Source of the DNA: Vicugna vicugna
Taxonomy: Eukaryota
Assembly: GCA_013265495.1 (NCBI GenBank)
Contig: MU058226.1
Location: 644,741-708,740 of the forward strand
Direction of reading: 5' to 3'
Length of the DNA: 64,000 nucleotides
Part shown: piece by piece, positions 23,801-37,580 of the stretch
Layout of the letters: each line of letters begins with the position of its first letter
How positions within the stretch are numbered: the first letter of the stretch is position 1
The notes under the pieces: generated by a model
Told to the model about the DNA's origin: nothing
Database searches by the model: none
What the model saw: only the letters and a program-made list of their open reading frames with translations
Made by a program: the position numbers and the translations under genes

Positions 23801-26151
23801 TCAGGACCACTCGTGTCTCCCAGTCAGCTCCATGGCTGCAGGAAGAAACAGGTCTCCTCTGAAATCAGTTACAGTTGCCCTCGACCCTTCTGGGACTTCA
23901 TAAGAGCCATGAGGGTATGGCCATGGTGGTGGTGCGAGATCTACGCTGAAGAGGTTTCTTAGGCTCAGAGAGTTTCTCTAGAAAACAAAAGGCTGAATAG
24001 TTTCAGAGCTTTGCCCCTTCTTCCAGTGCTCTCCAGTCTCAAGCACCCTCTTCCTGCCAGCTCTCCCCACCTCGTTATTTCTTTTTCCCCTCAGCAGTTC
24101 TTTTTCCCCTCAGCAGTTCCGTCTGAATATGTCTTGGCTTTTCTGACCCTCTGTCTTGCTGGCTGTAACCTGGGGTTTCTGTGTCTTCCCTGATTTTTCA
24201 TCCCTGTTACTCCCACAGTGACCCTGCTCTCTCTAGCCTAGTTCCTTCCTCACTTCCCTGCTCTCTTTCCCTTAGAAAAAGAGTTTCCTATACATCAGGC
24301 ACTCACAAAATGGAAGAGGAGTCCAGTGAGGAGAGTCACCGCCATTGCAACCGAGGCCAGAGTGACCAGGACGACTTCCCCAGGCCTCAGGTATCCTTTA
24401 GCGTTTTCCTCTTTCCTTGGTGGGGCAGGACTTGTGCTGGTGCCATTGGAGGTTGTAGCTGTTGTATTAGTTCCACGGGGTGGTGTGGTTGGTCCAGGGG
24501 AGGTGACTGTGGTGGTCCTGCTGGATGGTGTGGTTGATTCAAGAGAGACGGCTGTTGTGCTAGCATTAGAAGTGACAGCTTATTAAAAAAGGTTGGCTGG
24601 TTAGTTCCATTAGAAATTGTGCTTGGTTCTGCAACTACCACTCCTGCTGTCAACAACAATAATAGCTATCACTTATTGAATGCTGACGATGTTCCGGGCG
24701 TTGTGCTAAGTGCCACAGAAGACTTAGTACTTCAAATACTCATAATACCTTCGTGAGATAGGAACTGCTATTACCCCCATTTTACAGATAGGGAAATTGA
24801 GGTTTAGAGAAGTTAAACAACTAGTCCCAGGTTAGACAGCTAGCAGGACACAGAACAGGGATTTAAACCAAGGCAGCCGGACGCTAGAGGCAGCCCTTAA
24901 CTCATATTCTGGTCTGTAGCCTAGGTCGCATAACCTGGGGACTCACGTGACCCGGGGTCACAGGTGTTATTCCTTCTCTATTTGTGATGCTCTCCAGATA
25001 AAGAATATAAAAGAGATGGTTGCAGGGTCCATGTGTGTATATTGAGCTCCTCTCCAGATGAACTATACCCTTCTTCTAGGGGAGACATAATCAAGGGGAA
25101 GTGTGGGAGGGGGAATAATGCGCATTTTTACTACTATCAGGTAATTATTATGCACACAAAAGTTTGGGACCCCACGCAGCCTTGGCCCCTGGCCTGGCAG
25201 AGAACTAGCCACATGAGCTGGAGGAGGTGAGATCTCCCAGGGTTCCTGGAAGGGACCCAACCTCCTTGGTTAGTGAGTTAGAGTTAAGGTGAGGCCCGTG
25301 CTTTTCCCGTCTGCCTCATGCCTATTTTCTACCCTGTTCTGATTTTCCATCCCAGTAAACAACCCAGCTCTTGGCCTCCCGGGTGCCTAAATACCCTCAC
25401 GTCATCCATGGTCCTGTGCTTCTGCTGGGATATGGGTTTTCTTCCCCTTGCTCTATGCATGTGTTCCTTTCTTAGTGTTGTCTGGACTGACATAAAGATT
25501 GCAAGTTTAGATTTAGGGGAAGAATCCAAAAACTTCCAACGAATGCCTCTGATTAGGGTTAGGGTCAGGGTCAAGAGGGAAACTAAGTGAGATGAGAAAC
25601 TGGCCTGTGGAGAGGGGATAGATTTGTTGTGTGTTGTTCAGGGGCATAAAACAAAGGAATCAAAGCCATGTGGGGCAAATTCTGGAAAGAATTTAAGTTA
25701 TTCGAGGATAGAACAGCACACCCCCTGACAATTTTAGTTAGAGGCTAGGTGACCGCCGTCAGAGATGCTGGAAATGGACCCCTGCCTACTGTGGGTGATC
25801 AGACATTAACTTTAAGTTTCCTTTCAACTCGAATGCATCTCAATCGGAGACTGATTTATTACAAAGGAAATAGGCCAGACTTCCAGGTAGAAGAGTTGTT
25901 ACTGGGACCAGAATGAAGAACAAATGCTAGGTTGGATTGAAGAGAGTAGAGCAAAATATTGGTCCTTGCTCTTTGGTGAGAATGAGAGCTAACAGGACAG
26001 AGTGTGCAACCCAGGATTGGTCAACATTTCTCCCACACTCTCCTCAAATTTCAAGACTATCCTCTTTGAAACAAAAACACTCACCATTTCCTAAAAGTAG
26101 TAGAAGGTGAAACCACAGCCAACAAGCAAAGAAAGATGTTTTTCTTTTCAT
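23801..26151 (-). pseudogene. MUC21-like duplicate, disrupted or rescued by an alternative acceptor
   Basis: Exon 1 is 26085-26151 (MKRKTSFFACWLWFHLLLLLGN-G|gtgagt), with TATAAA at 26427-26432. Exon 2 ends at 24307 with KGYLRPGEVVLVTLASVAMAVTLLTGLLFHF|gtgagt. The paralogous acceptor at 24646 is out of frame with the TM; an AAG acceptor at 24578 is in frame. Exon 3 (23801-23977) starts [16 protein letters not shown] at 23614-23619. Confidence 0.7.
24660..24900. mobile_element. MIR abutting exon 2 of the MUC21-like duplicate
   Basis: Core cccattttacagatagggaaattgaggtttagagaagttaaacaact. Confidence 0.75.
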
Positions 26152-26968
26152 CTTGAGATACTCTGCCTGCCAAGCCTGGAAGGGACTCCCAGATGTGACT
26201 AAGGCCTAGAAAGGAAAGAAAAAAAAAGGTCTTGAGAAAGAAGAGTCCCAAGGTGGAGATCTGAGGCCAGAGGGCTAGGAGTTTGGGTCTCCAAAGAATG
26301 GGTCTTTCACCTGAAGAACAACACCAGGAGAGGGTCCGGGGGCTGCAGACTGGGAAGGCTGGATGCCTGGTCCCTTGGGATCCCTGCACAGAATGACACT
26401 TCATTCTTTCTCTTTCAAAGAAGGCCTTTATAGCGTCATCTGGGCTGGGCAGGGGCTGGACATGTGACCTGTCATTCTTCCAGCTGTGGGCAGGTAACAG
26501 AATACCTGAACTCAGAGAGGAGGGGTACAGAGGCCGGGAGGTACAGAAGAGTGCAGAATGACGTGGTCCCATTAGGCATGGCCTGGGGAGGAGCAGGAAG
26601 TAGGACAGGCCAAGGGGATCAAGTTGTCAAAGTGAAGGGGACTCACCCTCTGAGGCAGAGATGGGGCTAAAAACCTGTTCTAGCTCAAGACCTTGTTTCC
26701 TGGAAGGGAAATCCTGAGTAACCGGGATACTGGGCAGGTGCAGGGCGGGTGAGAAGGAAGCCCCAATACACAGAGCTTAGTGGGAAGGACACATAAAGTG
26801 AGACTCAGTATGAATGGGAACTGGGGGCCGGACCTCTGGGCGCTGGTGAGCATGCGTAGGTACACATCTTGAATGAGGGGGGAAGAGAGGCTCAGGGACA
26901 GACTCTGGGATCTCTGGGGCATAGGAGGTGGGGGTGGGGAGACTGGGGCTTGGGCTGTTGAGATGAGA

Positions 26969-27440
26969 CCAGTGGTGTACTGGTGTCAATGTGTGCCTAT
27001 TTGCAAGGAGTCCAAGTTGTTCAGTTTTCAGGATTTTTTGCAACACAGCCATCATTAAAAATTAAATTATATTAAAATAAACAAGCTACAAGGATATATG
27101 GTACAACACAGGGAATATAGCCAATATTTTAAAATAACTATAAATGGAGTATAATCTTTTAAAATTATAAATCACTATGTTGTACACCTGCAGCTTATAT
27201 AATATTGTACATCAACTATACCACAATAAAAATTAAATCATATCATCTTACAGTGAACTAAATTATATTAAAAACAAAGGTAAAAATACTCAAAACTCAT
27301 CACTTCCTGATAACTATAATCTATGCTCATGAAGTTATGTGCATCTACTGTGTCTGTCCGGTGGAAATAGTAATATAATGGTGTGTAATATAATAGTGTG
27401 TTGCACATCTCTTTCCAACTTCGTGTTTAGTGAAGTCTAC
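26969..27440 (+). mobile_element. MER63-like DNA element interrupted by an L1 3' tail (~27075-27230)
   Basis: ccagtggtgtactgg...aaaaacaaaggtaaaaatactcaaaactcatcacttcc. The L1 insert is flanked by taaaaattaaat[t/c]atat. Confidence 0.65.
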
Positions 27441-28779
27441 TTAATCTCCATTGGTATCTCATTGACTTGCTACAAGCTGGACCTGCTGAAATACCCTATA
27501 CCTAGAATGGAACACACACCATTAAAAGAGGGGAGAAGTTGGGGGTCCTGGTCTAGGATATTCCACCTTCAATCCGTCTCCTCATGCCTGGCTGCCTCCC
27601 CCAGCCAACATGTGTGATGTGCACACCAGGTCACATCCCTAAAGCCTCCAGCCTCCCTCTCCTAAAAGTCAGATAGGCGTGTTCTGTCTTCCACTGGGAC
27701 AATCATTTGGCCACCATCTTTTCCCCTCCATTGGCCCGGAGGACATTATAGCACACAGAGAAGCCTTTACTAAATTCACCCATCTAACCTTAAACGATAG
27801 CTAGCAAAGGCTGCCTTTGCTGAACTCTGAAACGTCTCTAATGAGAAAAGCTGTTCTCCAAAATAGGACGGCCATTATTCAAACAGCATGTTAAGTGTTC
27901 ATACCTGATAAGTCTGCTAATGTGTCATCTGTATTAAATCACATGAGAACACAAGTGAACGCTCTGAGTGATCCAACCCCCAGCCTAGGGAACTTCACAA
28001 ATCAGTGGTTCAGATCATGGGTCTCTTGGTGGAAAAAGTTGTCCTAGATTTTGGGGATCATTATCTTAATCTATGTTTTCTCTTGCGTATGCCTAGATTG
28101 TTCCTGTGACATCTGCCTCCAATGCAGCCAGATACCTCCCAAACGAGCCATCTCCGTGCTAGTGAAACCCCTTGCTGATCACTTAGGACACACTGCAGAA
28201 GCAAGGTGGTTGGTGCATAAGATTATAAGAGCCGGCCATGAGGTGGCAAGATGTCAGAGGAGGTCATCAAGGAGATGTGACCTGGGTTTGACTCACGAGC
28301 TGGCCCTGGGTAATTGGAGGCTCCTCCTGCCCTCCCCTGTCCTTGGGATAGTTGAGCGACTCCTACACATTGGACAACCAAGAAAGTACCCACCTAAAAA
28401 CGGATAGGAAAGGCTGAGACAACACTCACTGTATAACCCCCTGTTCCAGCACAGTACCTTACAGTTGGGAGGGAACACCCAGCTCCCAGCTTCTCCTTGA
28501 GGAGTAAAGAGTTTAGCCCACACATCCAGTGCCCCAACTTTTAAGGCTGCCACCAGAGGGATGGGCCTCCAGATTGCTTAGCTCTGAAAGCCAATGGGGC
28601 TTCCATTCAAGAATCCCACAAGACTAGCAAACAAGGGAGCAGTTGTTAAATGGATGTGCAAGCACTTCCTACACCTGTTCTTCCAGGCTCAGGCAGTGGG
28701 AGCAGGCGCAAATACCTATCTCCCGCTTACTGCCTGGAAGGAGTTTGTCTCCCAGCTTCTGCTTGAGGATACAGCTTCT

Positions 28780-28921
28780 TTATTTATTTATTTGGCAGAG
28801 GAGTTAATTAGGTTTACTTATTTATTTCTTGATTGGAGTTACTGAGGATTGAACCCAGGACGTTGGGCATGCTAAGCAGGCTCTCTACAACTAAGCTATA
28901 CCCGCCCCACCCCCCACTTGG
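28780..28921 (-). mobile_element. tRNA-derived SINE (vic-1-like)
   Basis: Same consensus; TSD ggatacagcttct (28767-28779 and 28922-28934). Confidence 0.85.
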
Positions 28922-29994
28922 GGATACAGCTTCTAATCAGCCTAAATATGGGAACTGACTGGGATCCTCCAAGGAGCCTGCTCTCATCCCAGCTGGTCAC
29001 TAGGAACCTATATTGGCATCCAACAACCCCAAGACAAGGGCTACTACTGTCCCCATTTTATAAATGAGGAACCTGAGTCATGAAGAAGTCGGGTAACTTG
29101 GCCAAACTCACAAAGCTAGTAAGTGATAGAGTCAGGAATAAACAGGCCAGCTTCAGAGCCTGTGCTCTTCACTGTTAGAGTGGGTGTCATGCAAATAGGG
29201 CTTCAAGTCTGGCTGGCCCCCTTCCTAGCTTCTTCCAACCATATTGGCTCTGCCCAACCCATCTTATGTAGAAATTCCAGAGCCATCACTGCTGGAAAGT
29301 ACCTAGAATATAAGATTGCAGAAGCTCAGCCACGTGGAGTTTAAAAAACAAATGAAATAGTCATCAGAAGGCACTGATTAGGGGAGTTTATGAATTAGAA
29401 GCAGGTTGCCTGAGTGAATTGATGGGTCAGAGGTTATTTTTTGAGTGCCTGTTTGGAGAGTCAGTTCTGTTGATTGAAGGAAAGAGCACATGAGGGGCTG
29501 AAGGCTTAGCGCTTTTGTTCATTTTAGAGGGTAAGAGATTAGTTTATCACAGGGTTAAGAATTTCAGGAGCCAAACACTCAGGGAAAGTAGACAATTTGT
29601 AAACATTCAGCATAGATTTGAAATTCATCCTGCTGAAAGTTTTATTTGAGCAGTGCCTGAGTTCCAGCTTCTCACTGCCGTGTCCTGACTCAGGTCTTGA
29701 ACCTGCCTGGACAGGAGATCTGCTTTCTCTTTCTGCTTTTAGTTTATTCTCAATTCAAGTGGACTTCTCGTCATTACAAGGAACCTCAAAACTACCTCCC
29801 TATAGGGCATATCGTTTATCAGAAAATGAATAAGACTAAAAGAAACAATATTTTCTGTGAAATACAGACCTATATGGTCTATGCTTATGACCCATCTTCC
29901 TATAAGCTGCTCACACCACCTCTCCCAGTAGTCATCCTTGGATGTGGGGCTAGAGCTCTCTCATGAAATTGCTTAGACGTCAAGTATCTTTTTT

Positions 29995-30700
29995 TAAAAT
30001 TGTTTTTATTGGAGTATAGTTGGTTTATAGTTGTGTTAATTTCTGGTGTTCAGCATAGTGACTCAGTTATACATATGTATACATTCTTTTTCATATTCTT
30101 TTTCATTATAGGCTATTACAAGTTATTGAATATAGTTCCCTGTGCTATATAATAGGACTTTGCTATTTATCTATTATATATAACAGTCAGTATCTGCAAA
30201 TCCCAAACTCCCATTTATCCCTCCAACACCCCTCCTTCCTCCTGGTAACTACAAGTTTTTTTGTTGTTTTTTTTTTGTCTGTGAGTTTGTTTCTGTTTGT
30301 AAATAAGTTCATTTGTGTCATTTTTAAAGATTCCACATGTAAGTGATATCATATGGTATTTTTCTTTCCCATTCTGGCTTATTTCACTTAGTATGACAAT
30401 CTCCAGTTCCATCCATGTTGCTGCAAATGGCATTATTTTATTCTTTTTATGGCTGAGTAGTATTCCACTGTATATACGTACCACAAGTTCTTTACCCAAT
30501 CAACTGTCAATGGACATTTAAGTTGCCTCCATGTCTTGGCTATTGTAAATAGTGCATCTATGAGTGTTGGGTGCATGTATTTTTTCGAATGAGAGTTTCA
30601 TCTGGATATAACCCAGGAGTGGGATTGCTGAATCATATGGTAAGTCTATTTTTAGTTTTTTGAGGAATCTCCATACTGTTTTCCGTAGTGGCTGCATCAT
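29995..30700 (-). mobile_element. LINE-1 3' fragment
   Basis: [28 protein letters not shown] and [21 protein letters not shown], plus L1 3'UTR. Confidence 0.9.
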
Positions 30701-33700
30701 CAAATATCTTGAACCACCATTTGTGTAGAAATGTCTTTATGTGCTTGAGCAATGGTCTTCAATTTTTCCTTTCATATCCTCTGAAAAAGAATTTTGAAAA
30801 ACTATATTCCCTCATCTGCTTATGTTTAATCTAATGTTTAAACCAAAAAGTTAATAATTGCAAAGAATGCACTATCTACTGTCTTGAATATATAAACATT
30901 GAAATAAAACAGTTTTACTACTCTTTAAAATGTTTTAACTAGACTCTAATCATTGCAGCACCTAAATATTCACCATTATCCTTTTAAATAACACAATAAG
31001 CAAGTTCTTCCTCAACAATCCAGGGTTTTTCATAGTTCCTTCAGCTCTGTGAACATTTTTCTTCCCCCACATTATTCTACTGTAATATGTTTTGCTTGCA
31101 TGATTCTTGCTGATCACCCTACTATGCCTTCCTGTACCACAAGATATGTTTACAAACTTAAACTTTTTCCTGTGTCTTGTCAGACTCTAAGTGTTAAGTT
31201 TCTCAGTCCTCAATAACCTTTTGGTGAAAAGTAAATGAAAATTTTTTCCTATGCAATGTTTTTCTCCATCCCCTGCAACTCTGCAATGTTTTCCTCTGTT
31301 TTCAAGAAAATGTGAAACATCAACCTACCCAATATAAAAAATAAAAACAAAATTTATAGCGTGCTACCAAATGCAGGACTATTCTAAGGGCTTCCCAGCA
31401 ACCTCGTGAAGTGGGTACTATTATTGCCTTCATTTTTACAGATGAACACACTGAGACCCAGGAGAGTTAAGGAATTTGTGCAAGGTCACACTGAGCTTAG
31501 ATTTGAAACCAGAAATTCTGATTCTTCAATCTGTGCTCTTAGCTGACATGTTGTATAGTTTCTCTATCTTCCTTTCACCTTAAGAGGTAGCATTAATCAG
31601 CTGGAAGTAAACACGGAACGCATAGCATCTTTCTCCTTGAAGTCATGCAAACTATCCAACTGTACTCTAGACAAAGAAACTCTTGAATGGAACACTCTTT
31701 CTTCTTATGGAGAATGATGTACAAGCCAGGGAAGTGGGCTTCAGAGTAAGTTGCTGTTTCCCAGCAAATCTTTACAAATCCTGAATATCCTGGAACAGGC
31801 AGACAGATGAGGTGGGTTGCCCTGCTGTAGGGTTTTCGCCATGGTTAAATAAAGCACTGTCACCCTTATTACTTCTCACTGATGCTGTGTTTGCTCTCCT
31901 TTCATGAAATGCTACCTCAGGAGGGATGCATTCTTTGACAGGGGATGGAAGAGAAGAAATTGTCAAACAGAAATCTGTATTACTCGTGCTACTTCACTCT
32001 GTGATATAGCTGAATAAGTAACATCTTAACGTGTACCAAAATTCCCAGTTTGTTACACTTCACTTAGCCCCTAACAGGATTTATGTGAGGCAAAGGAAAA
32101 CATGAAGCCCTACTCTGGTATACGATGCCTAAATTAGAAGGGATTTTGAGTTATTTCTTTACTTGCACCCTGGAATTTTCTGCACCCTAGGGAAGTGCAC
32201 CATAATAATATAGGAGCTAGAAAGTAAAAAGTGGGTGGCTATAGAAGGAAATCTAAAAAATTACAACTAGCTGATGCTCTGCAGGAAAAGAAATATACAT
32301 GGAAGTTGAAGACCTGGAAAATGATACCTGTAAGACATCCCATACCTGCATAATACTCTTTAGAAAGTCTTCCTGTACCTCCAAGAGTTTGGGCAGATTC
32401 CATTTAAAGATTAGACCAACAGTGCAAAGGCACTTAACTCTGTCCAATTCCTAGACTTCTGCTTGGGTCAAATATGCTTGGTGGGCTGGGGCTTTGTTGG
32501 GTTAAAAATGCTTTGTCCAAGTAAGCAGATCTCATGATGAAAGTTGAGTAATGATGCTTCCTAACTCTGCATACACGCTCTAGTTGCTGGGAGTAGCGAG
32601 ATGTTTACAGCGTAACCATGTGAATTAACCATAAGCTGAATTGCTCACCATGGTTTCCTCCCTTTTCATCTCCCTCTATCTCAAAGTGCCATTGCTTTGA
32701 GTCATTTGCTGTTTACCTTTGGAAATCAAACATTTTATTTACACAATATACCTAGTAATAATATTTTTACAACTTACTGAGATATTTATATACCATATAG
32801 TTTACCTGCTTAAAATAGATAAGTTAACAGGTTTTAGTATATTTACAGAGCTCTCATTAGTGAGTGCTTGCAATTTGCAGACTAAAATCTTTCTTCTCTT
32901 CTGTCCTTTTACTTTCTCTGGTCCATCTCTTCCTTGTTTCTGCTTTGAACCTTACTACTTGCATGTTCGTCCTTCTGAATCTATCCTTCAAGTGTCTTCT
33001 ATTGTCTGGGTGATTTTCATCTCTGATTTGTTGTATCTAATTGAGCAACTTTCCCCACTTGCTCTTCCAGATTACTAATTTTATTTTCAACCAGCCTCTT
33101 TGAATTTGTCTATTACAGTTTTAACCTTGAAAAAATGCATGTTTTACAGTTTTTAATTATCTAAATGGATTCCCTTGCCTGATGTCATTCATTTTCACCT
33201 TTTTCACATTCTGCTTTCCACAGTTCACACCAGTGGGAGGCAACATTCTAGGGGGTTCAACTCAACTTATTCTGGTTGCTGGACCCTTTAGGTAAGCTGA
33301 TGGTGGTGGTGATGGTGGGCCTGCATATGGCTCAGCCTGGCCTCACTGATTGGGATCAATCGTCTGGTTTGCTGACATTTGAGAAGCTCAATGAGTGGTA
33401 GAAGGCAGAGCAGTTTCCATTGCTGTGGGTTGGGATGGACACACCAACAAAGTGCTAATTCTCTCCTGAGGGCTCCATCCCAGGTGGGAGCCCTCTTACT
33501 GCCTCTTGGATTCAGAGCAGCCCAGCCTTTCAAAGCAGCTCCCCTCTGTCCTCCAAGACCTGTAGGTTCAGGGAGGCTTCTAGCCTAGACCGTGAAAGGA
33601 GTATGTGCAGCCCTTCCAGGAGAGAAATTCATGAGCAGCTCAGGCTTTACCCCAGGTGTCTCTGCCATGAGCCTCTGGAAAAGTTAGATCTTAGCAAGCC

Positions 33701-34492
33701 AGGAAGTCTTTCCCTTGATAAAAGAGGAAGTGCTTTCTCTCTGCTTCCGAGAGAAAACTATCAACTAGCACCTTTATTCTGACAAGTAGCCCAGGTCTGG
33801 AGCTTTTGTAGATGCCCTGGAAGCTGTGACTGTGAGTGACCACACCCCACCCCACAGCACACCTCCACCTGTCATGCTCTGGGTTCTCTGTGTGCTACCA
33901 CGTGATCTCTTTGTTCCATAGGCCTATTCCATGAGCCCCGCTGGGATCCTGGCACCTGCCCTCCCTTCTCATCTCTCCCAATTCAATTCTCTTGTCTGTC
34001 TGGGTGAGTCTTGGGGACACCGGGTTCCTGCTTGGGACAAGAAGGATTAGAAAAAGGGGACAGATATAAATGACATCTCTCAGGTTTACTGTGGAGATTC
34101 TGAATGACAGGTGGACTCCAGCATGAGGTTCTCTTATACCACTGGGAAATTCAGCTCGGCGCTGCAGACACCCACTCATGTGCACACACAGGTGTTCTCT
34201 GGGATATAGTTTGTATGTGTTTATTTCTTAATTGTTGTTAAATGACCAACAGAGTCTCCTCTTTCCAGTGTCTGGTAAAAGCAAGAGAGAGGGAGGAAGT
34301 GTCTTCCCCAAGGCTGGCAGAGACCCAAACAAAGCTGCAAAGGGGACTCCTGGGGACAAATGAAAGGACACTCAGATCTCTGGTTCCCCAGGTCAACTTT
34401 CTCTGTAAAGAATGTGGCCCTCTGGCTCCTGCAGCCACTCAGAACCCATTGTAGCTCTCTCATCTCCAACACTATTGAGGAACTGGTCTTCT

Positions 34493-34624
<132 letters not shown>

Positions 34625-34960
34625 CTAGAAAAAGAAGAGAGAATCATTTCAGAATTGTATCCCCCCTCCAAGCCTTCACCATGGACTCCTTCAGGAATCT
34701 TCTCCCCCTTTAAACCATCTCCCTCAGTCACTGGTCATTCTTCCAGCCTTTGTTCCTTCTTTTGTCCCCGTTCCCACAAGTCAATAGTTACCTCTGCACG
34801 TTGATTGGCTCGTCTGGTTCTAACTTGCTATTTCTCTTTAGTAACTTTCTCTTGATCTTTCTTTCCTCCCTATCTACCCCTAACTTGGTGGCCCTACTAT
34901 TCATACCCCATTTCCTTATGTTCCTGCTGCTCCTTCCCCCAGGAACTTTCCTATATATTA

Positions 34961-35689
<729 letters not shown>

Positions 35690-35699
35690 TCATAAATGA

Positions 35700-35920
35700 T
35701 AACAAGTATAGTTTCTGCTCAATGCTTGGTTAAATTCATTACGTGGATAATTCTATTTAATGCTTACTACAGCCCTATGAAATACATACCATCAACTGCT
35801 AAGATGAAAAAGCTGAGGCTTAGAAATGTTGACATTTGCCCAAGTTTATACAGCTAATGAGTAGTGGAACAGGAATTTGAACTCAGGCCATTGAATCTGC
35901 GCTTTTAGCGACCATGCTAA
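35700..35920. mobile_element. MIR abutting exon 2 of MUC21
   Basis: Core agatgaaaaagctgaggcttagaaatgttgacatttgcccaag...ggaatttgaactcagg. Confidence 0.7.
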
Positions 35921-37516
35921 TTCATCCTCCCCACCCATCCCCAACGCCAGGGTCACAGGGCCTGATTTCACTGGTAGTAGGCTTATTCCATCTTCTGATG
36001 TACGATAGCCAATACAGAGGGAAAATATTATAAAGGATCATAGAACCCAGGTGAAGCTAGTGTATATTGATTAATTCATTATTAAAGTAGGATTGCTTTT
36101 TTCTTGGAAAATATTGCTGAGTGTTATTCAGAAAACACCTATATCAGAATTATCTGAGGAGCCTGTTGAACATAAAGATTTCTAGGCAAACCACTTCAGA
36201 CTAAATGAATGAGTTTGTGATGACCCTAGGTATCTGGGTGGTTATATATGCATTGAGGTTCCAGAGGCTCCTGATCACAAGGCAAAGGCTGAAGAAGAAC
36301 AAGTTATAGGTAGCTTAAATGTGTAAGATCTCCCAGGATTAAGGGCTACAAATTAAGAATCTACAGGTATAGAAAAGCATTTCCACCTTCTTGAAGGCTC
36401 AGCTGGAGTTACCTCACTACTTTGAAGGAAGAAGATACTCAGCCACCCCAGATAAACAAAATTTATCTCATTTGTGGCTCATTTTACTACTAACTGGGAC
36501 ATAAGTGCCTATCGTCTCACCCCACGCTTATTTGAACTCACATAGGAGTAGAGTTCAGCTCTTTGGGGAAGGTTCCCAAACTCTGCAATGGGGTACAAAT
36601 TGGAATTAACATCAGAATCATGAGTAAAACTAAATAAGAAAGCGAGATGAACAGTGGGGTTGATATGTGAAAGAGGGAGTGGATTTGATCTGAGAAGTTT
36701 TGGAGGACAGAATAGATGAGTCAAAATCATATGAGGGCTAATTTTGATTCAAATGATAAATTCTCTAAGAGGTCTTGCTTTCTAGTTGCATGACAGGAGA
36801 TGGCCCAAGTTGTTTAATTGAGGGTCAGAAGTGTGGAAATAGAGTGTGAGTTGGTTTTGACTCTTGAATCCTTTTCTCTTTGGTCTGAGGTTAACTTAGG
36901 CTAATTGTGAAATTGGAGTTGAGGACAGGAGGAAAATTAAGTTTGTAGAATATAGAAGAGTGATATTTTAAAACAGCATTCAACTCTTCTTGTTCTTAAT
37001 ATTTAACCCCCCAGCCAAGTTTGAGATTTAAAAAAGAGTTTCTTCTGTAAAGCACAGGGAGCTAAGTTTAATATCTTGCAATAACCTTTAATGAAAAAAA
37101 ATATGAAACTGAATATATGTATGTACATGACTGGGACATTGTGTGCTGTACACCAGAAATTGACTGTACTTCAACTAAAAATAAATAAAATAAAATAACC
37201 CCCCAGCCATATCTCACTGGTTATTACCATTTTATAGATGTAGAAACTGAGGCACAGAGAAGTTACTCACCCAAAGTGCACAGATAACAGATGGAGCCAT
37301 GATTCAAACGTAGGCAGTTGGAGACCAGAGTCCACAGTTTGAACCACTGTGCTCTAACTGCCTCCCAGGCGGTACTTTATTAAATTGAAGTGACTGGAGT
37401 GAAATGATGACCCTCACTCTATGGAGGAGAACCAGTGCTATTCCTAGTAGTGGTCATCATCTCCCAGAATCCCTCAAAAGTTCTCAGATCACCCACATTT
37501 AAAGAAAAGCACTCAC

Positions 37517-37580
37517 CATTTTCTAAAAGTAGGAGATGTAATAGTAACCAATACATAAGGGCAATGTTTCTTTTCTGCAT
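37517..37580 (-). CDS. MUC21: MUC21 exon 1, signal peptide
   Basis: MQKRNIALMYWLLLHLLLLEN-G|gtgagt (phase 1), similar to recalled human MKMQKGNVLLMFGLLLHLE. TATAAA at 37849-37854. Confidence 0.82.
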
